From the NCBI GenBank assembly GCA_000002975.1, contig AF165818.4, forward strand, positions 60,001 to 92,000: a stretch of 32,000 nt of DNA, in the 5' to 3' direction. A program made the translations under genes and the position numbers. This DNA is from Guillardia theta nucleomorph (lineage: Eukaryota > Protista > Cryptophyta). The notes below the pieces were generated by a model that saw only the letters and a program-made list of their open reading frames with translations, was not told the origin of the DNA and searched no databases. Shown here one piece after another: positions 1-8,445 of the stretch (position 1 is its first letter; each line of letters begins with the position of its first letter).

Positions 1-101
1 AAATTAGTTTTAATAATATTAGAATTTTTTCTTTTTAAGTTCAAAAAACATCTTTTCCTGTTCTTCCTTCTTGAACAGGTAACGTGGTGTTTGTATTTCA
101 T
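1..101 (-). CDS. rpl26: 60S ribosomal protein L26 (uL24), 5' part; runs off the window start
   Basis: Not in the ORF track. ATG at 101 reads MKYKHHVTCSRRKNRKRCFLNLKRKNSNIIKTN, matching the RPL26 N-terminus (MKxxxxVTSSRRKNRKxHF). Confidence 0.85.
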   Translation of the reverse strand, partial: MKYKHHVTCSRRKNRKRCFLNLKRKNSNIIKTN

Positions 102-139
102 TATATTATTGTCGGATTTGTAGTTCTTTATTTACTTAA

Positions 140-421
140 ATGATAATTGAAAAAAGATACCGTAGAAAAATATATGAAGAATTATTCAAAGAAGGTGTTT
201 ATATTGTAAAAGATGAAAGATTTAATTATAACTGTGAAAAATTCATAGCTTTAAAAATACTTAAAGGCCTCCTTTCAAAGGGTTTTGTCAATGAAATCTA
301 TTCATGGAAGTATCATTATTTCGTTTTAAATCAAGAAGGACTCGAATATGTTAGAAAATTATTAAATTTACCTAATGGCGTAGTCCCAAATACCCATAAA
401 ATTCCAAATGTATCTAATTAA
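140..421 (+). CDS. rps10: 40S ribosomal protein S10 (eS10), 93 aa
   Basis: IYEELFKEGV, SKGFVNEIYSWKYHYFVLNQEGLEYVRKLLNLP...VVPNT match the S10/plectin domain. Confidence 0.95.
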   Translation: MIIEKRYRRKIYEELFKEGVYIVKDERFNYNCEKFIALKILKGLLSKGFVNEIYSWKYHYFVLNQEGLEYVRKLLNLPNGVVPNTHKIPNVSN

Positions 422-468
422 AATAAATATTAAATAATAATATCAGTATCATAAATTTATTATTTATA

Positions 469-1233
469 ATGTGCTTACTTAATTTCATCAATGTCACCTA
501 CTTAAGACAAAATCTAAATTTATACAACAAATCTCATTCCAAATATTATTTCAAAAAATTTAAGAAAAATTTTATAAGTTCGTTAAAACTAATGCAGACT
601 GGTGCTCAAAATTACGATGGTGTTAGAATAGGACCACCGCCTGATTTACCATCTTTATTATTGCACAATAGAATCGTTTATTTAGGGATGCCATTGGTTC
701 CTGCTGTGACTGAGTTGATTGTAGCTGAGTTTTTATATCTACAATATGAAAATTCAGAAAAACCCGTATACATGTATCTCAATTCTACCGGAACAAGCAA
801 TCCTGATGGATCTTCAGCTGGTTTTGAAACTGAAGCGTTTGCAATAGCGGATACTATGAATTACATTAAACCACCAGTTCATACTATTTGCGTTGGCCAA
901 GCGTTTGGAACATGTGCCATGTTATTATCATCAGGAGAACCTGGGCAAAGAGCAGCTTTACCAAATGCAACTATAATGATACACCAGCCAACTTCAAGAG
1001 CAAGAGGGCAAGCTTCTGATATCGCCATAAAAGCTAGAGAAGTTTTATATAACAGAAAACAATGTTTTGAAATACTAGCCGAAACATCCGGGCAATCCCT
1101 CGAAAAGGTTATGAAAGATGCAAGTAGAACTAAATATTTATCCCCAATGGAAGCAGTTGAATATGGAATTATCGATAGAATTTTAGATACTCAAAAGAAA
1201 AGTGATGGTAAACCAAGTTTCTTATTAATTTAG
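469..1233 (+). CDS. clpR: Plastid-targeted Clp core subunit, non-catalytic ClpR type
   Basis: PPPDLPSLLLHNRIVYLGMPLV and FETEAFAIADTM are ClpR signatures. GQAFGTCAMLL replaces catalytic-Ser AASM. About 40-aa basic N-terminal extension. Confidence 0.9.
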   Translation: MCLLNFINVTYLRQNLNLYNKSHSKYYFKKFKKNFISSLKLMQTGAQNYDGVRIGPPPDLPSLLLHNRIVYLGMPLVPAVTELIVAEFLYLQYENSEKPVYMYLNSTGTSNPDGSSAGFETEAFAIADTMNYIKPPVHTICVGQAFGTCAMLLSSGEPGQRAALPNATIMIHQPTSRARGQASDIAIKAREVLYNRKQCFEILAETSGQSLEKVMKDASRTKYLSPMEAVEYGIIDRILDTQKKSDGKPSFLLI

Positions 1234-1252
1234 AATTAAATAAGTTTTTTCA

Positions 1253-2176
1253 TTAATATTTTTGAAAAAATCCAGCAATCATTCTTGAGGATGGATTAGT
1301 ATTTCGTTCTTTATTTAAAAACTCAAGAGATTTAGAGTTGGGAAAAAATCCAAACTTAGAAAACTCTATATTTCCAGAATCAATCAACGACAACATTTCA
1401 ATTAGATCTATAACTTTAATATTAGGTTTAACAGGTTGATCCGGATTGCGAACTTTCATTAATTCCCATGCATAATTAAAGTCTTCTAATGAAAAAAATA
1501 ATGGTGTAATTTCATCGTTTCCTCTATTAATTTTAACACTTTCGTTGTAAAATAAAGGTATTCCCCTAAATTTAGAAAATATGTTGATATTATTGATGAT
1601 ACCATTCGCATTTTTTATTTGTTTTTGATCTGGATAAAATTTAAATATCATTTTTAAATCCTGACCATAGTTATCTTTTAAACCACTAGAAGAGTTACCA
1701 GAAGAAACCATTTTATAAGCTTTATCAAATCCCATAATAGTTATTCGTGCATCCAATGACTGATGATTTTTCTTCATATTTTTAAGCAATTCAAGTGCAT
1801 CTTCGTGAGAAAAAAAAATTAAACCAATTTGATCACCATTGGAAGTATTAGCTAAATAAGGTTGCCCTGTTCCGTTTGTAACTGCAAATACAGGTATTTG
1901 AGTCATTTTTTGATGTAAATTTTTTTCACTATATTTGAACGCAGATGTTATTCTAGGAGAAAAAAAATTATTTTGAAAATCAAATAAAAAAAACGGAGAT
2001 AAAGCTAAAAACAATAGTTTATAGAGATTTTTTTTATTTAATACTCTAAATCTGTCTTCTCTTGAAAAATTGACATTTTTTTTTATATTTTGAATTTTTT
2101 TTTTTGGATTAGAAATTTTTAAAAAATTCGCTCCTTGGTTGTTCAAGTTTGACTTGAGTAAGTTTATAAACAACAT
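1253..2176 (-). CDS. tic22: Plastid import component Tic22
   Basis: IPVFAVTNGTGQPYL...IGLIFFSHEDA, FRGIPLF and PLFFSLED are Tic22 motifs. First in-frame ATG is 2176 (MLFINL...); the track start at 2314 is a TTG. Confidence 0.9.
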   Translation of the reverse strand: MLFINLLKSNLNNQGANFLKISNPKKKIQNIKKNVNFSREDRFRVLNKKNLYKLLFLALSPFFLFDFQNNFFSPRITSAFKYSEKNLHQKMTQIPVFAVTNGTGQPYLANTSNGDQIGLIFFSHEDALELLKNMKKNHQSLDARITIMGFDKAYKMVSSGNSSSGLKDNYGQDLKMIFKFYPDQKQIKNANGIINNINIFSKFRGIPLFYNESVKINRGNDEITPLFFSLEDFNYAWELMKVRNPDQPVKPNIKVIDLIEMLSLIDSGNIEFSKFGFFPNSKSLEFLNKERNTNPSSRMIAGFFQKY

Positions 2177-2285
2177 AATATATATTAAAAATAAAGTTAA
2201 AATTATGTTTATAAACTTTTCATCGTTTATTCGGTACTTTCCATTAATTTTATTAATTAAAAACTTACATAAATTATACTGATTT

Positions 2286-3104
2286 TTAAGAAGGCAAAAA
2301 AGACCCCAATTCAATCCATGGTTGGAAAAATATAAGGTTCATTTCATGGGTATATAAGGATAAATTTTTTTTATTAAAACGAAATAGTATATTATACATT
2401 TTTTCACAATATAATTCACCTCCTTTTAAAGAAAAATTATTAAATGAATGAAATTTTCTAATATTAAATTGATAAATATACATATTGTTTTTATTAAAAT
2501 AATTGAATTCATTATGTAAATTAAATTCAATCTTGTTGTTTATTAAATTTACATTTAAGCCAATTGTTTTAAGTTTTTTTATGATTTCAAATTCTTTTTC
2601 TAAGTCATTCTTTTTATTGGACCTCGATGAATATGATATTTTAGTTATTAAAAATTTTTCTTTTAAATTTTTAAAAACACTAATTGAATCCCCTTCCATT
2701 ATCATTAAATTATATTCGAGTTTTCTTAGGTTATCTCTTAAAGTTTCAACGGATTGTTTTAAAAAAGTTAGTTTTTTTTTTGAATAATTTTTTATTTCAT
2801 TTTTATCAAAGCAATAGACTAAATAATAATCATTGTTATTTGTCTTTAGTAATTCGATAAGTTTATTATCATTAATTCTTAAATCATACCTGAACCAGAG
2901 TATAATTTTTTCAGAATAAGAATAATTATGATAAATAAGTTGTTTAAAATTTTTAATATCAAAGAAAATGCAGTCTAGACTAAGAATATTTTGATTTTTT
3001 GCTTTAATGTTAAATTTTCTGGAATTTTTTTTAGATAATTTTAAATCTTTATACTTAAAAAAAATATAGAAAAAAATATAATAGGTGCTATACAAAATTA
3101 ACAT
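2286..3104 (-). CDS. Photolyase/cryptochrome-family protein, C-terminally truncated (PHR2-like)
   Basis: IILWFRYDLRINDN (WFRxDLRxxDN), LVYCFD, FLKQSVETLRDNLRKL...L.I.EG, GGE and terminal QPWIELGS (SPWLxxG). Confidence 0.75.
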   Translation of the reverse strand: MLILYSTYYIFFYIFFKYKDLKLSKKNSRKFNIKAKNQNILSLDCIFFDIKNFKQLIYHNYSYSEKIILWFRYDLRINDNKLIELLKTNNNDYYLVYCFDKNEIKNYSKKKLTFLKQSVETLRDNLRKLEYNLMIMEGDSISVFKNLKEKFLITKISYSSRSNKKNDLEKEFEIIKKLKTIGLNVNLINNKIEFNLHNEFNYFNKNNMYIYQFNIRKFHSFNNFSLKGGELYCEKMYNILFRFNKKNLSLYTHEMNLIFFQPWIELGSFLPS

Positions 3105-3255
3105 ATTGAATTTTTTTTTTTGTTAAAAAATTCTTATTTTTCAGATTGTTTATGAATTAATTTTTTTACAATTTAAATTTTTCTGAGAAATTACTTTGAT
3201 AAGCTTTAAAAGGTAAAAAATTTTTAAAATTTAATAACAATAATAATTTTATTTT

Positions 3256-4926
3256 ATGATCAAACCCATAGTATCTATTATAGGAGCTCCTAAATCCGGT
3301 AAAAACACATTATTTAGAACCTTGGAAAAAACTATTAAAAATGATATTATACTCAAATCTAAAAATTTGATAGAATTCAAATTAAAAAATGAATTTGATG
3401 TAATTTTATTAAAAGATTCAAATGAATACTTTTCTTTCTTTAATCTTGTAGATATTTCTGATATTTTATTTGTTATGATTGATGCATATTTTGGAATAGA
3501 ATATGAATTATTTGAGGTTATATCCGTTTCTAGGAAAAAAAAAATTAAAATTGTTTTCATTTTATCACATCTTGATATTTTTACCAATTGGAAAAACCTT
3601 AAAAAAGCAAAAAAAACTATTAAAAACCGAATTTTATCAGAGACTAATATTGATTCAAAATTCACATATTTGTCAGGGATTAAAACCAATGGTTTTTATT
3701 ATGAAAAAGAAATCAGAATGATTCTTCGAATTTTTGAAAAAAATATTTTAGAAGATATTCATTCAAGAAAAAAATTTTTCATTTTTATTAATCCTATTTT
3801 ATTTTCTAAGACTAAGAATATTTTTAAAGGATTTTTGATAGGAACGAAAATGGACAAGAAAACAAATAAGGGATATATTACTAATATTGGAGATATTGAA
3901 ATAATTTCATTTGATAGATTAAATTATTTTCATTATTACCAAAAGTTTAGACTTAATTTAAACAAAAAAGAAAATACTTTTACAATATTTGTATTTAGTT
4001 TTTTATATTGTTATAATTATAAAGATGTAACTGATTATTCACCAGAAGAAAAACTGACTAATGAGAAAATTGACTCAACAATAATAATAAAAAAAATTTA
4101 TAAGCCAGATTTTTACAAAGATATATTTTTGAATAAAAATATTAAAAAAAAAAAAACTAAAAGTAAAAATTTTTATTATATATGGAAAATCACGTTCAAA
4201 ATTTCGTGTATTTCTAAATTTAAATATTTTAATTCTGATAGTCATTTAATTTTTACTTTTAAAAATACAAAAAATGAACGTTGTGTTGCTATTGTTGCTA
4301 AAATTAAAAAACATAAATGGTGTAAAAAAATTTTAGAATCCCATTCTAAATACCTAATTTGGATATCTTTTTATTTATTTTATTCTCAGGTAATATTATG
4401 TAAACAAAATTCAAAAAATTTAAACATAATTAAAAATAAAAGCAAAACAACTAAATTTTTAAACATAGTTTTGTACGGTAGAGAATTTAATGCTGGCTCA
4501 ACATTGATAGGAATAGATAAAACAACGTTTTGTGTTAATAATTTTAGACAGAACACCTTTCTTATTTTATTTAGTGGATGTATTATAAAATGTGCAAAAA
4601 AATTAAAAATTTTTAATAAATTCGAATTAAATTATAAAATTATTAAAACCTTTAAGAAGACTGGACTGTTAAAAATTAAAAACACTTCAAATATTAACTT
4701 TAGTTCATTAATTGGTTCATTAATTTTTACTAAAAATAAAAATAAAGGTATAGTAAAATCTCTTAAGTCGTCTAAAAAATTTTCAGTTCTGAGAGCATCA
4801 TTTATTAAAACTTTAAATGACAAAGATGAAGTCTATTCAAAAATATGGATTCCCATCAAAACTAATTTTTTTTACCAGGATTTAAATGTATTTTTACCAT
4901 TTGATTTTAAAGAAATAAATTTATGA
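3256..4926 (+). CDS. bms1: Ribosome biogenesis GTPase BMS1-like, reduced (556 aa)
   Basis: P-loop IIGAPKSGKNTL, DILFVMIDAYFGIEYELFE, ILSHLD, YLSGI, and C-terminal KIKKHKWCKKIL (RLKKHRWxKKIL). Confidence 0.85.
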   Translation: MIKPIVSIIGAPKSGKNTLFRTLEKTIKNDIILKSKNLIEFKLKNEFDVILLKDSNEYFSFFNLVDISDILFVMIDAYFGIEYELFEVISVSRKKKIKIVFILSHLDIFTNWKNLKKAKKTIKNRILSETNIDSKFTYLSGIKTNGFYYEKEIRMILRIFEKNILEDIHSRKKFFIFINPILFSKTKNIFKGFLIGTKMDKKTNKGYITNIGDIEIISFDRLNYFHYYQKFRLNLNKKENTFTIFVFSFLYCYNYKDVTDYSPEEKLTNEKIDSTIIIKKIYKPDFYKDIFLNKNIKKKKTKSKNFYYIWKITFKISCISKFKYFNSDSHLIFTFKNTKNERCVAIVAKIKKHKWCKKILESHSKYLIWISFYLFYSQVILCKQNSKNLNIIKNKSKTTKFLNIVLYGREFNAGSTLIGIDKTTFCVNNFRQNTFLILFSGCIIKCAKKLKIFNKFELNYKIIKTFKKTGLLKIKNTSNINFSSLIGSLIFTKNKNKGIVKSLKSSKKFSVLRASFIKTLNDKDEVYSKIWIPIKTNFFYQDLNVFLPFDFKEINL

Positions 4927-4941
4927 ATAGTATTTAAATTA

Positions 4942-5643
4942 TTAATTCGAAATTTGAGTATTATTAAGAATTGATAGGTCTTCCTTTGAAAATATTTTTA
5001 TTTTTGGTTGGGTGTTTATGGTAGCTATTACAATTTCAACTAATTTACTAGTTACTAAATTATAATAGTTCAAGCAATTTATAACTAATTTCAGAAGAGT
5101 TTTAGTTTCCAAATTAGAACACCATCTTGCTCTAATATACTCTTTAATATCTTTTGAAGATTTACCAATTGAAGAAAAATTTACATCATTGATTTCACCG
5201 CTTGTATTTATTTCAAAAAGCTCAGGGCCGTCTTTATCTATTCCTAAAATATTTAATGAAACTCCCAATGGCCTAAACCCCGATGATGATGTAAAATTTT
5301 GCAAAAAACTCGACAAGTCTTTTGATAAAGAAGCAGTAGATATTTGATGTCCATATTTGTGTTGAAAATCTCTACATATTGATCTAGCTTTAGAAATAAC
5401 AATAATAATATCTGATTTTAAACCTGAGGCTGATAAAATGATATACTTATTTATAATGAACACCTTTGGTTCAATTTGAGTAAAAATATTTTTTTTATTA
5501 CTAATATCCAGCGTCAATGTTAATAATAAATTATTTCCTTTAACTGATATAACGGTATTACTTTGAAGGACTGCTTTCGAAGCATATTCAATCTGAGAAA
5601 TTTTACCTTTTGAATTAAATGATGATAAATTATAACTTGACAT
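4942..5643 (-). CDS. prsA2: 20S proteasome alpha subunit, alpha-2 type
   Basis: SFNSKGKISQIEYA, SGLKSD, LQNFTSSSGFRPLGVSL (alpha-2 QEYTQSGGVRPFGVSL). Confidence 0.85.
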   Translation of the reverse strand: MSSYNLSSFNSKGKISQIEYASKAVLQSNTVISVKGNNLLLTLTLDISNKKNIFTQIEPKVFIINKYIILSASGLKSDIIIVISKARSICRDFQHKYGHQISTASLSKDLSSFLQNFTSSSGFRPLGVSLNILGIDKDGPELFEINTSGEINDVNFSSIGKSSKDIKEYIRARWCSNLETKTLLKLVINCLNYYNLVTSKLVEIVIATINTQPKIKIFSKEDLSILNNTQISN

Positions 5644-5666
5644 TAAAATAGATAAAAATTATTTTA

Positions 5667-8246
5667 TTAATAATTAACATATATTAGAAATTTTTTAAGT
5701 ATTTTATGTATTAACAAAAAAATATGATCTTTCCTCATTTCTAATTCCCTAGAAATTGAATTAATTTTTTTCTTTTGCATTCCTAATCCTATTAAAATAA
5801 GTATTTCTGAAATCTTCAATTTATTTACTGTGAGATTTTTAAATAGTAAAATTTTACTAATTTTTTTGAAAATATAACCTATGTAATCAAAATCCAAATT
5901 TTTTTTGGTAATAAACATTTTAATTTTTTTTAACTCATAATAGCTTAATAATTGATTATTAAAAAAACAAAATGATTTATCTTTATATCTATTGATCAAA
6001 AAATCATTAATCATATAGAAAATTACTTTTAGTTCTAAATCTTTAAATTCTGTATCAATTAGATTAACAAAGTTTCTAACAAATTTTTTTTGAATATTTA
6101 AAAACCAATTAATATTAATTTTATTAACTTTTAAATCTCTAATCATTATGAATGAATATTTTGTAAAATAAAGATCTCTATTTTTTTTTATAAGAATTGT
6201 TTTAAATTTATTTTTATTCCAAAAAAAAAAAAGTCGAGAGTTCAGATTAAATGAAACTCCTATGTAATCAACTTCTGGAGTTATTCTTGACTTTAAATCA
6301 ATAAAAAGAGATGGATAAAATTGTACTATCTTTTTTTCTTGAGAATGTTTAGAATAAAATTTATTAACTTCATAGTTGTGTGCGTGTTTTTTTTTACAAA
6401 ATTCTTCAAGTTGCTGAATTATCCTAGATCCAAACCCGAGATTTTGAATACCTGAATGTACACCGATTCTTACAATTCTGATACCTGATAATTCTGCAAA
6501 ATTAAAGTTGAAATAATATTTTGAAATAATCCATGGGATAAGATCCCCATTTTCTGAGAATTGATATTGGAATTTTTTTTCAGCATAATTTTTTGAAATT
6601 TGTCCTTCATACGAAATTTGCACAGCTGCTAAAATGTCCGGAATTAAAGACAATGAAATATCTTTTTGATGAATTAAAACAAATATTCTGTGAAATGGCG
6701 AATCACACATTAGCTGCAAGTCATCTGGTGAATTTTTATAATGTGAAAAGAAAAAAATATTGACAATTTTATGAAGAATTTTTCTAGATAATTTATGATT
6801 TGAAAATAACGAGTTCCTATCAACTAGGTATAATTTACACGAAAATGGATCAGGACATAAATTTAATGTATTCAAAGGAAATAGTTCTTTGAAAAAAAAA
6901 TAGTCGTTTATCCATTTTTCTAGATAATCATCTGTTGAATATCTAATTGGTTCTGATAGAATTATTTCTTTATAATAAATAATTTTGTTAATATATCTGG
7001 TTTTATTTTCTAAATTTATGTCTTTTTTAATCCAATCTAAAAATTTAACATTGAATGATCTGCCTGAACCTTCATAACCTTCATAGGTGGTGCTAAAAAT
7101 CGTAATAAATGGCCCGGTAAATGTTTTAAGTATTTCAAATTGAAATGTTGCAGATTCCTCAATAATTAATAATTCAATGAAATCTTTTTTTTCATTAATT
7201 TCCTCGGGTTTTACAAACTTAATAAATTGTTTGTGAGTATTAAATATATTAACTTTATGAATGCATTTTTTTCTTTTATTGAATATTATTTCAAAGTCTT
7301 TATTTTCTTTTAAGCCTATTGTTTCAAGACCTAAAATCAAAAAAGCGTAAAAGGTGTTAACATTTTCTACTGTAGTAGATGTTATAAAAATATTCGAAAA
7401 TCCATAAGCTATAGCTGAACAACAAGCTAATCCTAAAACTGAGCTTTTCCCTCGTCCTCTACCTGAAGTCATAATTATTCTGGAATATTTATTTTTATCA
7501 GCGATAGATTCTGTCAAACTTAAAAATGCTCTTGCTTGATCAAAAGTTTTAGTCTTTTTAATTAAATTATTAATAGGCTGAACATTAGATATACTATCAA
7601 CAAGTTTTATATATAAATTTTTTTTTGACGTATTAGCACTTTCAATTCCTTTGTTTAATAACGAAATTTTACTTTTATATAAATCAAATTTGATATAGTC
7701 ACTATCTATAAAAAAAAAGACAGGACAGTTTTTCAATGCATATAAAAAATTTTCTATAAATCTTCCTAATAAATTTAAATAGATTTTACTTTTTGTGTTT
7801 ATGTTTATATAATTGTCTTCCAGATTAAAATGTTTTTGCTTTTCCAAATGATCAGAAATCAAAATGATAACACCTCCTCCTTCAATAGTTTCAACAATTC
7901 TTAAAAAAATATTCGGGGTAATTGCTTTTAAATCTTGAAGTATACAGATTCGGAATGAATTACCAAGAATTTTTTTGGAATCTTTATAATATAAATATCT
8001 TACTTGCGAATTTTCAAAAAATTCTCTTACTAAAATATTTTTTTTTGATTTTTTTAATTTTTCAAAAGAATTATGATCATTATAAACCCAGAGTATATTA
8101 TTTTTATTTTTAGACGTGTATTTAGACAATAAATAATGAATTTTTGCAATTTCATGTAACACATTACTTCCTGAAATTAAAAATATAGTTCTAAATGAAT
8201 TCTTGTTGGATAATTCTAACAATTGATTTAAATAAAAATCTGACAT
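5667..8246 (-). CDS. kre33: RNA cytidine acetyltransferase KRE33/NAT10
   Basis: LQDLKAITPN..RIVETIEGGG, Walker A GRGRGKSS, STTYEGYEGSGRS, EPIRYS, SHYKNSPDDLQLMCDSP, GDLIPW, GIRIVRIG, acetyl-CoA motif QNLGFGS. Confidence 0.97.
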   Translation of the reverse strand: MSDFYLNQLLELSNKNSFRTIFLISGSNVLHEIAKIHYLLSKYTSKNKNNILWVYNDHNSFEKLKKSKKNILVREFFENSQVRYLYYKDSKKILGNSFRICILQDLKAITPNIFLRIVETIEGGGVIILISDHLEKQKHFNLEDNYININTKSKIYLNLLGRFIENFLYALKNCPVFFFIDSDYIKFDLYKSKISLLNKGIESANTSKKNLYIKLVDSISNVQPINNLIKKTKTFDQARAFLSLTESIADKNKYSRIIMTSGRGRGKSSVLGLACCSAIAYGFSNIFITSTTVENVNTFYAFLILGLETIGLKENKDFEIIFNKRKKCIHKVNIFNTHKQFIKFVKPEEINEKKDFIELLIIEESATFQFEILKTFTGPFITIFSTTYEGYEGSGRSFNVKFLDWIKKDINLENKTRYINKIIYYKEIILSEPIRYSTDDYLEKWINDYFFFKELFPLNTLNLCPDPFSCKLYLVDRNSLFSNHKLSRKILHKIVNIFFFSHYKNSPDDLQLMCDSPFHRIFVLIHQKDISLSLIPDILAAVQISYEGQISKNYAEKKFQYQFSENGDLIPWIISKYYFNFNFAELSGIRIVRIGVHSGIQNLGFGSRIIQQLEEFCKKKHAHNYEVNKFYSKHSQEKKIVQFYPSLFIDLKSRITPEVDYIGVSFNLNSRLFFFWNKNKFKTILIKKNRDLYFTKYSFIMIRDLKVNKININWFLNIQKKFVRNFVNLIDTEFKDLELKVIFYMINDFLINRYKDKSFCFFNNQLLSYYELKKIKMFITKKNLDFDYIGYIFKKISKILLFKNLTVNKLKISEILILIGLGMQKKKINSISRELEMRKDHIFLLIHKILKKFLIYVNY

Positions 8247-8312
8247 TAATTTTAATTTTATTACAGGCTGCTTCTAGAATATTCTTTATTTTATAAAACT
8301 TATTAAACAATT

Positions 8313-8445
8313 ATACTTACCTAGCATTCAAAAATAACTAAAGTTATTTTTTCAATATATTGTATCTGCTTCACATTGATTTGATATTTTGGCTCTAATT
8401 GTTAAGAATGCTAAATTTTTTTTACTGTGGTGATTTTTCCAATGT
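8313..8445 (+). ncRNA. U1: U1 spliceosomal snRNA (compact, divergent); 3' end uncertain
   Basis: Starts ATACTTACCT. Closing helix TAGCATTC (8322-8329)/GAATGCTA (8406-8413) encloses three contiguous hairpins (8330-8351, 8352-8379, 8381-8405). A U-rich Sm-like site AATTTTTTTT (8414-8423) follows. Confidence 0.8.

Noticed and set aside
2216-2270. Minus-strand AT|GTAAGT...AAAG upstream of tic22, a possible 53-nt intron
   Set aside because: Splicing gives ATT rather than ATG, the acceptor is not YAG, and GTAAGT occurs often by chance in AT-rich DNA.
3105-3255. 150-nt spacer as a possible ncRNA locus
   Set aside because: Nearly pure A/T with no snRNA or snoRNA motifs; most likely a divergent promoter region.
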